From Auanema rhodensis (Eukaryota > Animalia > Nematoda): a stretch of 64,000 bases of DNA. Location: NCBI GenBank assembly GCA_964057225.1, contig OZ059899.1, positions 8,122,001 to 8,186,000 on the forward strand, read 5' to 3'. Under the pieces are notes generated by a model. That model ran no database searches, was not told where the DNA came from, and worked only from the letters and a program-made list of their open reading frames with translations. This document shows positions 26,705 through 39,042 of the stretch, piece after piece (positions within the stretch are counted from its first letter, which is position 1; the number at the start of each line of letters is the position of its first letter). The position numbers were made by a program, and so were the translations under genes.

Positions 26705-27885
26705 AGAAAAATAATAAAAAAAATAGAAGAAAGTGGTAGTTTACAGAACGATTGAAAAACTCATCATCTTCTCAGCTAATTTGGCTTAATGTTGTTACTC
26801 TACCTATAGCAGGTCAAGTACGAATGATTCAATAAAAATTATTGGAGCATAATAACTTATTGAAAAGCATACAGTTAACTAGATGGAGATAATAATCTTT
26901 GAAAATTAAAATCAGGCTGAGAGGAGGACAGCACAGCAGGAGGGAGAAGAAGCGCTTAATAGTGAGTATAGAGGATAGTTGAGATGTGAGGAAGTCAAGA
27001 AGAATGAGCGTGGTCATCCGATAACATCTCTCCAACAGGGAGCAAACTCATGTCTCGTTTCATCTGATTGCTTGCTTGCTCATGTTCTCACAAAGTCATA
27101 TTCAACCAGATTGATGCTTAATTATGCTAATTATATGGTTGTGGAGACATGTAAGAAGCAAGAAGAGAATCAAGAAAAGATTTAGAACATGAGAAAAGAA
27201 GAATGAAAAGAAGAAAAAATTAGATATACATATAGGGAATGAGGCAAAGAAAAACGAATGATGAATGATAGAAGAGACAAGATTTTTCGTTCTCAGTAGC
27301 TGATTGTCGTTGTGATTGTGGTTTTGGTTGTGGTCGTTGACATCATTCATGGATACCTGGAACATAAGATATATGAGTCTATGCATGATATTCATATACA
27401 AAAGAAAGTTCAAACAAGAAACAAATTATTATATAATTTAAGAAAAAAATTGAAAATTTTCAATGAAAAATGAAAAATATGATAACTAATGACTATTTTT
27501 CATATTTTAGAACAAAATATTAAGAAAAAAAATCAAATAAATGATAAGATAAGGAAATTTTAGTATTAGATGAAATGGAAATCTTTTAAAATTATATTGT
27601 AGTTGTAAATAGTTTAATATAATATTTATTATAAATAAACTAAATTTTTTTTTGAAGTCTCAAAGTACATGCCTTATTTGGAGATAATATGAAATTGCCA
27701 AATAACTTTGTTTCCAAGAATCAAGTTTTAACTATTTTTAAAATACTGATTTTTGAGTTTGTAAATTTACAGCAAAGCTACTGGCTTCATGGAAAGTTCG
27801 TTCAACTCACTGCTCTTTTTATTGCCTAGTCTCAATTTTTTTCTCTTTCTTCTTCTTTTCTCCTCTTCTTCAACCTTCTATCCCA

Positions 27886-27926
<41 letters not shown>

Positions 27927-30900
27927 TATACATATAAACTTAAATACACACATTCTTTCTTTTTCTCTCTTATGTGTTTCCAAAGCCTTGTTCATGAATT
28001 TTCACAGATTCTGTGAAAGAAAGAGGAGATTAGAATAATTGTGAGAGAATGAGAGACATGCCTATCGTCGGTGGAAAGAAGAAAAAGGATTAGTAGAATA
28101 TTGAGATAGAAAATATAGAGAATGTAGAAAGAAAGAAAGAAAAATGTTAAAAGTACAAAGTAGTAGTCAGTAATGAAAAAGTACCTGTATAATAATATAT
28201 AGTTATAGTTATTAAAATAAAATAAAAATTTATATATGTATATATATTATATATATAAAAAAAATGAAAATGAAAATTTATTAAATGAGAAAGAAAAAAG
28301 AAAAATAATAAAGTTTTAGTTGACGGAGAGTGAAAATGAGAGTGAAAAACGATTCAAGTTACATGCATGTGCAAGTTTTCAGAGTGTTCTAGTAGGATAC
28401 TATGAAAAAGAGATAAGCATTTTCTTTACTTATGTCTACTCAATCGTTTATTTTTCATTCCAGATTTAAAACATAAATTTGAGTGAAATATCTAATTTTA
28501 ACAAAAATTCTTGTAATAATTAGAATAGATAATACATAATACTTGTAACTGTACTATTTTGCAATTTTTATATTTTTAATTATACTTTGCAACAAACGCT
28601 GATTCTTTTTGTATTCAAAATTGAAATGAAAATCGTTTAGGGATTACAAATGACGTCATAGTGAAAAGAGCGATATTCTCATATCTGAAATCAATGTTAT
28701 TAGATGTCAGACAAATGATCATCGACTGCTATAATTCGTATTTTGTTCTTTTCGAATTTGAAAAATTCATAATTTTAGTGGTTCATATGCTCTTATTTGG
28801 AGAAAACAATATATACTATATATAACTATATATAACTATATATATACACACAGTTTCAAATAGTTTGTTGTATCCTAATATAGCCAAAAACTTCGCAAAG
28901 AAACAAAAAAAAAGAGAAAAAGATAAAGAGAGAGAGAGAGAGAGAGAAAAAGGTAAAGAGAGGAATAAAAATCCTTTTTTTTTAGAATTATGAAAAAATG
29001 AGAATTAGGAAATTCATTTCTTCATTTTTTAGCTATTTATTCGTAATTCATATATAAAAATAGAGATAACAATGCAATGGAAACATAATGGTAGACTACA
29101 AAAAACAGAAAAAACCAAATTTTCAAAAAAAAAAAAGCATTGAAGCAAAACAAAAAAAAAGAACAGAAAAAATAGTTATTCGATAAGTAATATTAAAAGG
29201 AAAAATCAATTAAAAGTTGTTGGAGAAAAAATAAGATTAATGAAACAATGATTAGAATGAGAAAGTAGAGTAACAAGAGTACAGAAATAGTTAAAGATTG
29301 AATAGTTAAAGAAGATGTTGTGATATATATATATATATATATACATAGTATATATTGAGTTACATATGTATTCTATATGTATGTATATCTCATCAAAAGT
29401 GAACAGATGGTTAGCTAAATGTTTGAGGAAAATTAAGCAAATGTTTGAAAATGCAATGAAAAATGTTTTATTGAATTGTATTTTTAAAGAAATATATAGT
29501 TATAAATATATATATATATATATATTTAACTATATAAATATAATAAAAAAAATGAAAAGATGTTTTGTTTAAAATAAAATTTCAAAAATGGTTGAAAGTA
29601 TTTTACGAATAAGATATGCTTCTGACGTCTGAATATCTGAACTTCTTCTTACCTGTCAGTGACAGATTTTCAAATTTGATGTAGTTTTTTTTCTCGAAAA
29701 AGAAAAAAAAAGAAAAAAAAAAGAAAGTTTATTCGAAAATAATATTTTTGATCAACGATTTTTTTTGTACAAATAAGAAAGTGAACAGACTTACGTATCT
29801 ATATATAGCATATGTATATACATACATTCATGTACATATATGGTATATGTATATGAGCATATACAGATACATACATAGAAATATTGAGAAAAACAAAATT
29901 TAAAAGAAATTCGTACATATTTGTATATATTATATATGATTGATAGTCTTAATTAAATAAAAATTGAAATGAATCAAGTTTTAAATTTCAAGAAAAGTTC
30001 TCAAAAAAGAATGAAAACATCAGAAAAAGCCAGATCATGAGTGAGAAATCCAACCGGGAGAGGGGGTTGCTATGCATTCAAAACTTACAATATGATACAA
30101 TTATTTTTAAGTTGTTTGAACTATTCGAATATATAAAATAAAAATTTATGGAAATATTAAAGAAAAATGAATTATAATATATTAATTTCTTAACTATATT
30201 TCAATAAACCAATTGTTATATATATAATATATATCAGTATATATCAGTAACAATACATATATATATATATACATATATGTACATGCATATAGTATATCTC
30301 ATTGTCTTTATAACGTCAGAATATTTTTGCATAATATACTGTTTATTGGAACTATATCTTTAAATTTCTAGTAAATGGCAATGAAACAAGCATTAATTCA
30401 TGTCTTATTCTGACAATTAGTTACTACAAAAACTTTTTTTCCTACGAATATACTTGAATATCAGAATTCCAATAAGTTAGCAAATCAGAAAAACAACAAC
30501 ATTTTATTTCTTTGGTTCATTAAGTACATCGAATTGTAATAAGAATGCAAATGAATTTTGGATTTATACAATTAATTCGGAAAATTTGCAAAAAAAATAG
30601 AAAATTATTTAATTTTCATTTGAAAGAAAACTTTTACGTTTAAATTTTTAATCTTTTGATTTCTGATAAAGCAACATGACGATAAAACTAAATGAAGATG
30701 AAGAAATGATGGAAAAAAATGAAGAAGAACGATGAACAATGAACTGAAGAAAGGTTGCTTCGTAGGAGCTATATATGAATATTTCATATGTGAACTGACT
30801 TTCTTCTGAAAAGACGGATCAAGAAAGGTCGGCCGGATGGACAGAAAGCTCTGGAGCTAGAGACTTGAAGCTAGTGTCATTCAATCTCAACACGGCCTCA

Positions 30901-32201
30901 AAGCTAGCCATACCCACCAAGCTAAAACTGACTTCTGGTCGAATACATTCAGTCCGGAAAATTACCGAATAGAAGAGAAAGCACGCGGATATGAGGAAAA
31001 AGAAGACGAAGAAGAAGAAAAAAGAAAAAGAAAAAGAAAAAAAAGGATGATGATGAATAAGAAAAGAAAAATATAACAAATATGAAAATAATAGAGGACG
31101 ATGAGAACATATTTACTGCAACTACTTCAAGAAACCAAATTTGATTTTGAATTTTGAAGTTTATTGTGATTATCTATGTATATAGTTATATGAATATAGT
31201 AATTCAAGAAATAAGCTGCAAACAAGTTCATTGAAATATCTCTCTGGTTCGGAAAGCTCACGACAAGCGTTGAAGATGTGACTTCAGAGGTCAGAATGAG
31301 AATCGTGAGATATAAATACATCGAAGATGGCGAGAGAATAAGGATAGAAAGTCTTCATTCAGCTTAAATTCAGTTAACTCTGCTCGTTGTGAAAATTCGA
31401 AACAGCTTTGTAGATATAAAAAATATAAATATCTATTAAATTTATGTATAAATACAAATTGATTATATAAAATAAGTTATATAACTATGTACAAGACTAT
31501 ATAATATTTAGATTGTTTTACAATTTATGTTTGAATTATGCTTACTTTACTCAATAATCTATTATTTTAATCTAAAAATGCATAAATATTACGACATACA
31601 TATATATATTTATATATATATATATATACTATATATACTATATATATATATATAAAAGAATGTTTTTAATTATTTTCACAAAGAACAAAATCATAAAGAA
31701 AAGTTAATAAAGAATAGAATACATGTACATGTACATGTATAGATGTATATACATATATATGCATTCGATTAGTATTCTCCTCTCATTCTTCTCATTATTT
31801 GTAAATTATTTACTTATTATTAAATAAAGGCAATTATAGTTAAAAAATAATAATATTCTATTTATTAGAAAGTAATTTCGTTTATAATATGTTTTTTGAG
31901 ATTTTTTTTATTTTTATTTGAAAAATTAATATTTATAAGGAAACACATGAAAAATTAGCTATCAAGATCATAGTTCACAAAATGTTTGATATACTATATC
32001 TAGTATATCCATACATATCCATCTAGATATTTCAAATATTAACATTATGATATAGTTAAATCTAATTTATTATAATCAATATAAATAACATCATGATAAC
32101 TGAACAGAAAGTGAATCTCTGAATAGTTTTCGTAAAAACCCGTACGAGATATTTGAAACTGACATCTCTCACTCATCTTTCTCTCCCTATAGATGAAAAG
32201 C

Positions 32202-35200
32202 TCAATTTTTGTTTTGCCTGAGATGTTTCGGCAAACGGTTTTTCAGCTGAAAATAAAAAAAAACTATAAATACATAGTTAGACTAAAAATACAGTTAATA
32301 TACCTATAATCTAATTTATAAAAATAATAATTTGAAAAAAAAAATAAATAAAACATACGCATTTCTTTGAATTATCTGGATATTCTTCATGCATTCGTTC
32401 ATAAAAACGACGTAATGCTTTATTTCCGTGATATATTCCTCTGAAAATTGAAAGATTACTTGATCATAGGCTAAATCAATTTTTTTCTGAATAATACTTT
32501 ATTAAATTACATTTTTCTTAATACTCTAAAGCCATGAAAGATCAAATTTTAATTGTTCTATCGTCATTTCCATATTAGTGACTCAATAATTCCAATCAAT
32601 TCGTAATAATTAGCACATCCCGTGAATTTTTAAAATGCTCAGCATATTTTTGAAGTTTAAGTCTTTTAATTTTTGCCCTATTAGAAGAAATAAATGGGAT
32701 GAAACTTGCTTATAAGCTAATTTTCGATTTTCCTTCTGTGTTCGTATACCCGGATGCATGCTGAAAACATTGGGAGCAACCGGAAACAGGTATCCAGCAC
32801 TACAGAGGTGTAAAGCCTAAAACGATTAGGTTCCATATAAATTTATAATTTTTCTCTCTTCGTAAAATTATTCGTGTTCATAGAAACAGCTTTTAAGTCA
32901 TCAGCAGTCTTTCGGATTTTGCAAATTCATTTTGCAGATATTGAAAAATAATTTTAATAACGCTAATAAAGTAAATTCAAAGAACTCACAAGCGCTACAT
33001 GATTATCCAAACCATACGGTAATTCCTCATTATGCCATTTAGCAGATTTATGTATAACAAGCATAGGCTCCCAGTATGTTGTTCCTAATTTCTTAATATC
33101 TACTGTATGAATCTGAAATTTCAAATTATTCAAAAAAAATTTCAAAAAAAAAAAAAAAAAAAAATGAAGAAACAGTTATTGTAAAGATGAATGTGACGGT
33201 CCAATTCAATAAAAATGAATAAATACAATTATTCACACAATCACTCACGTGATTTATATGAAATTACAACTTTACGTTTTTATCTTATACATATATGAAT
33301 TGAATGTTGATGATTTCAATTAGTATATTACAAAACCAAAAAATATTCTTTACAAGTAATTTCTAAAGTTGATTGATGTCATTTCTTGGCTAGAACAAAG
33401 TGTGTGTGTGTGTGTGTGTGTGAGGAAGAAAAAGCGAAAGATAGGAAAGTAAGAAATAATTAAAAATAAAGAAAAAACAATATTTTTCGGAAAATTACTT
33501 ACTTTTTCTAAAGTCCATTGTTTATAAATTTCATCTTTTGTTGTATCATGTTCACCATTTTCTTCAACCTTTGAAATGACGTCATCAAATGTATGAGTCT
33601 CATTGAGCCAGTCCTTTAATTTGGCTATTTTATGTCCCTGTGGCCAGAAGAAGACGTGGAATTGATAGACAAGCTTCTTAGCAATAGCTTTCTTAAGCTC
33701 ATCCATCGTCACCGGTGCTCTGAAATTAAACGTCAAATAGAGAAGGAATGCTAGAACTTCAAAGAAGACAGGGAAAAACTGAAAGTTCTAACGCATTGAA
33801 ATAAACGAAAAGAAGCATAGTTAGTAGAAGGGAAAAGAAAGTATTATTAGTTATAAACTAAAAAATAATTTAATAAAACGTACTGTATATGTGTGTCATA
33901 TTCAAATCGTCTAATAGCAATTCCAATTTTTTCATTTTTTAAATTCCATTTATCAGCCAAATAATGTAATATAGCTTCAGCATTAGCAGAATATTCTTGT
34001 TCCATATCAGCAAAGAGTATATACTCCGAATCTTGAAACTGGAAAAAATTAATAATTTGTATTCAGAATATTGTTATTAGAAACAAACTTTTCGGGCAAC
34101 ATTACGTATTGTATTTACTGGATACATCAAAGAGAAGGTATTAAAAGAGAATTTATCTAATGTTTGTCCAGCTTTATCACAATTATTATTAAACATTTTT
34201 GATTTATCTAAATTAATTATATATATTTATGTGAATTTAGATGATTTTTTTAAAATTAAAAGTATAATAAACCTATTTGAATTGAAGGACATTTCAGATT
34301 CTTCTTCCATGAAATGACAATATGCACGCTCAAGCTTTCTTTCAAATGTTCAAAACATTCAACAATAGAATAAATCTTAAATCAAAGTTTTTTAATTAGA
34401 TTAAGATTAATTAAAAATTAAATTAAAATAATTTTTAATTGATTTACCTTATATATAGTATTCATAACTGATGATTCAGTTGTATTATTCATTGAATATA
34501 GTACAGATGATGCAAATACTGCCAAAGATATGCGACCATCCCATTTTTTACTCATTGTAATCAAGTTTTCACCTTAAAATAAACGTTTTAAACTTATAAG
34601 AATGTATAAAACTAACCAAAATAGTTTGATGAAGTATGTAAGATCATACTAATTTTATTTTTTCGTTTTTCACTTTTATAAATATTAGGAAAAACACAAT
34701 AATCATCATTATTATAACGAATTGATTGATATGTTATAAATGGTATTTTGTCGTTTTTTGTTTTAATATCTGTTTCATTTTGAGTTTCTTCTTTAGTAAT
34801 TTCTTCATTTGGATTTTTTATATCTTCATCTTCTATTTTAGCTTCTTCATCACCGCCATCATCATCATCTTCTTCGTTTTCTTCTTCTCTGGCTGCATCA
34901 TTATCATCTTTTAGAGAACTACTAGCTGACATAGTTGTTGTGATGATATCTTCTAGTTTATAGGGACTATCATAATCCTGTTCGCTTAGTGATTCCACAA
35001 TCTTTAACTCAATATCATCAAAACTTTCTTCATCAGGATCATCATCATCATCCTCATCCTCATCAACTCCATCTGAAAAAAAAGAAAATTCTAGAAGCAA
35101 GCTAATTTAAGTTATTTGTTTCATTACAATAATTGATTGTTTTGAATTAAACTAATAATAATATTAGAGAAACCTTCCGCAATCAATTCAGAATCATCTA

Positions 35201-35471
35201 AAAAGGATTCATCGTCATCATCATCAGCTTCTTCAATTTTGCGAGATGTAGCATTCGGTGCATGCTGAGCTTTACCATATTCAGCAAAATAAGTTTTAAT
35301 TCCAACAGCTTGATTACTAATTAAATTTTTGCTCTATAGATATACCATATATAGTATATAATATAAGAATAAAATAAATAAACTTACATTATCACTATAT
35401 AAAAATATAGTAATTGTTATAGAAATTGTAAATAGTATGAATAAACGATTAATATTATAAGAAGTAGCCAT
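32202..35471 (-). CDS. Glycosyltransferase family 49 (B4GAT1/LARGE-GlcAT/nematode bgnt-1-like) type-II Golgi membrane protein, ~591 aa, 12 exons
   Basis: Exons (minus) 35471-35388, 35333-35174, 35072-34617, 34572-34448, 34375-34273, 34207-34089, 34038-33884, 33719-33503, 33112-32990, 32816-32710, 32440-32359 and 32246-32202 (1776 nt). The signal anchor is LFILFTISITITIFLY. GT49 motifs include ISMILHTS, KKWDGRISLAVF, YPVNTIRNVARK, YILFADME, IAIRRFE, WPQGH, YWEPMLV, LHLCSAGYLF..VFSMHPG and YPDNSKKC. One intron needs a GC donor. Confidence 0.87.
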
Positions 35472-36605
35472 TTGTAGTCATATATCTTCAAAATAAAAAT
35501 TACATACTAAACTCTTAATCTTATTTTTCTTTATAGAAATCATGAATATCACGAATAAAAACATAAATTGGACGATGAATAAGATAAAATCATTTCAAGC
35601 TAATCGAGTGATGATAAACCGGTTACCATAGAACTTTCATATATCATTCATTAACGTTCAAAAAAAAGCTTTCAGAAGTAATAAGATAATGATTTCTAGC
35701 TAATTATTGTTTGTCAGCATTACTTTAACATATAATTAAGCTAATTATTTAATTTCAAATATATAAATATTATTTATTAAAGTTTAAATTTTAATTTTCT
35801 GACACATATAGGAAAGAAAATATGATTTTTTATTATTTTTTCAATTTTATTTGCTTATGATGTTGGCATTGAAATCATTTCCTAATTTATATTTGAACAT
35901 GCTACTATTTCTAAAAAAAAAGTGAAAAATAACGTGTCTATTAATGTATATACATATGTATGTATGTATGTATATAATATATAAATATAATTTAATTTTT
36001 ATTTTAATTAATATAATTATTGAATTGAAAACTCAAATATAATAATATTAAAATATATAAATGCCAATTCTGAGAAATTGCAGAGCAAACAAGCCTGTAC
36101 ATATGTGGCTAAATAATCCTTAAGTTTTCTAAATTTCCTAATTAGAATGTTTTTCTTTAGATTCTAGACTTTTGATCTTTATTACATTACCATATACTGT
36201 ATCTTTTTTGATTTACTACAACAATTCTAAAAACTTCTTCTGATTCTTCAAATGTGTAGTATTCTATTAGAACTTTTTTTATGGCACATATACACATACA
36301 TATATGTATGTAGATCTAATCTTAAACCGAAAGATAAGGATAAAATGTTTGATAAATTAATTCAAAACAAAAAAGAAAAAAAATTGTAAACAAATATTAA
36401 AAAATCTTTTATTCTGAAAGAATTGATTTGAAAATGAATTTAGGGTTAACGGGGTATTTGTATTATCTCAAATATTTTTATTCATACTATAGGATGTCCT
36501 TTAATAACAATAAAATAATAAATATTTATAATAAATTTACAAAATAATTATAAATTAAGAATTTGTGCATAGCACATACGATAATAATTTATAAAATATA
36601 TAACT

Positions 36606-37066
36606 TTATTGTATATGTTCAACTAATATTTCTCCATCATTGAATACTATCTCAGCTCTTTTTTCTTTTGGATAATAAACTACTTTTCCTATAAATTAAA
36701 ATTTATATTTAAATAATAAAAAGAAACATTTACCATCTTTGGGTAATTCTTTCATAGCTGTTGCTGTAATATTATTAGAATTATTTCCCATTTTTCTGAG
36801 ATTTTTCATATAAACAGACATCTGATTATTCTCCTATAATTGAGAAAAATATTCCAAATTAAAATTAATTTATGTATTAAACCTCTTTCTTCATATCAGA
36901 ATCTGTTGATTTTGCAGTAGCAGACGATGTACTTGTCTGTTTATTTGATGCTTCATCACCGAAAGCATAGTTAACAAGATGATTATTATATCTAACAGCC
37001 ATAGTACGATATCTCATACAACAAGTATTTTCGCTACATTGTACATAACTAGAAGTACTTTTATTA

Positions 37067-37122
<56 letters not shown>

Positions 37123-38107
37123 GCAAAACTACTAACCCTGCTGGACAATAGCATGCTGCAGCTCCTGTAGGACATGGAACCATAATTGGAGGAGATCGAA
37201 CACATTCTCCTAAACACTGTGGCATACAGCCTAAAAACAAGTCCAATAGTAACTAGAAAAAAGCTGTAGTTCCAACTTGGGCGGCATTTGGGAACATTAT
37301 CTGTACGAGATGGCCGAATATTTGCTATACAAGCAGCAGTACATCGAGGCATGCATTCAACACGACACAACGGTTCTTCTAAATCATCATCTTCGACTCG
37401 AAATCCGAATGACCTGATGGGAGATATCTCTGGAGGTTGTATATTCTGAATTTATAAATAAAATTATTTTACTTTACTATATGTATATATTACCATTTGA
37501 TCTTCAACAACAGTTATATCATTAGCAGTTAATGTATTCATAAATGTAGTTACAATCATCTGATAACGCTAAAATAAACAAAAAATCAATTAATTTATAT
37601 AATATAAGCTTAACATACTTGAATACATCTCTCTGAACATTGTGGTTGACATGCTTTAGGACATATATCAATATCATATGGAGTACCACTTTGTGAAATT
37701 CCAATATAGGGTGTACGAATAGCATTTTCGCTAATACTGATTGGATAATTTCGAATTCCTGTATAAGATGGATAAGCTGAAATAATTTGAAATAGAAAAA
37801 TATGATTACGTATGATATATTATAAATTTTACCAGAAGCTGTTCGTCTGATTGGTGAACGGTAAACACGACTTGGTTTTTCAGCGCAACATCTGTAAAAG
37901 CACCAACCAGCAGATCCACATTTCATAACATCTTGTAGATATTGTGATATTGAGTATGGAGAACGTACAAAATCATTTTGTAATTCCTATATTTATTAAA
38001 AATTAAATATAAATAATCAAATAATCAAATACCTTTATATCACTTAAAGTTGAATTTTCAGCAGAAGTTTTGTGAAAAATTAAAAATAGTAATAATTGAA
38101 AATACAT
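36606..38107 (-). CDS. Secreted cysteine-rich protein (CxxxC[M/Q]PxCxxxC repeats plus a CxCPxGYxxCxxxxCC module), ~351 aa, 9 exons; probably a cuticle/extracellular matrix protein
   Basis: Exons (minus) 38107-38033, 37986-37833, 37758-37619, 37568-37494, 37445-37277, 37230-37137, 37048-36883, 36833-36734 and 36688-36606 are in frame (1056 nt). The signal peptide is MYFQLLLFLIFHKTSA. Repeats are CPKACQPQCSERC, CRVECMPRCTAAC and CRPSCMPQCLGEC, followed by CYCPAGYVQCSENTCCMRY. Confidence 0.82.
37069..37117. repeat. (AT)n microsatellite filling over half of an 88-nt intron of the Cys-rich gene
   Basis: Perfect AT run inside intron 37049-37136. Confidence 0.9.
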
Positions 38108-39009
38108 TGAGAATATATGTAGTTACTCACGAGAATGATTGAATTCAGATTATTTCACAATGTGATTGACAGGGTAATGAAGTCTTCGACAACATTGGCC
38201 GTTCTTTTTCATTGTCTTCTTCATCATCTACTGTCATTTGACAGCTTTTCCTCACGTCACGACGAACACCTTCATCGTAATAAACCATATACAATAGTTA
38301 TTTGATAGACAAATATATTTGATATTTCCTTTTTTTTATTTTCTTTTCGAAAAATCATCGACATTTGTCATTTTTTCCTCTTATAAGAGAATAATAGACA
38401 AGAAAATACTATGTATAAGAAATGTATTATAATTAAATCAAATCAAATCAAATATATTTCATTATAAATTATATTCTTAGAAAAAGAAAAAAAAACATAA
38501 AATAAATAGAATTTATATATATTTTAATTTAAAATATTAATTTTAAAGAAAAAAAGAAAAAAAAACATATAATGGATTAATATTTTATTTTATTATATTA
38601 GACTTATATTATTGTATCATAAACTAGTTCCTCGTCAATAGTCGTCGTGTTAATCTGTAAAACAAAAGAAAAAAATGATTAAAAGTTGAATAAAGATCAG
38701 ATATTTCTTAATTTATAATAATTATATTATTATAATAATAATAGAAATATGAGAATAACGTTTTTATTTTTTTTTTGAAGATAAAAAAAAAAGTTTCACG
38801 TAAAGTATACGAAATAATATTATAAATTAGATAAACGTTATCAGTTTATATTATATAATAAGTTTCTATTGAGCTTGTAACAATTTTTTGTTAAAATTAA
38901 ATAATGTTGTCGTAAATTGTATTAAATTAGTATAATATAATTTATTATATTAATATGAAAAATTGTTACTTAGCTCAATAATGTTTCATAGTAGCATAAC
39001 TAAATATGA

Positions 39010-39042
<33 letters not shown>

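Noticed and set aside
32560-32680. Alternative terminal exon of the glycosyltransferase using the AG near 32678
   Set aside because: It needs an intron of about 32 nt and loses the family-typical YPxxxxxC ending encoded at 32440-32359.
35472-36605. Operon (SL2) linkage between the Cys-rich gene and the glycosyltransferase on the same strand
   Set aside because: The gap is about 1.1 kb, much longer than the ~100-nt intercistronic spacing typical of nematode operons, and there is no strong TTTCAG acceptor before the downstream ATG.
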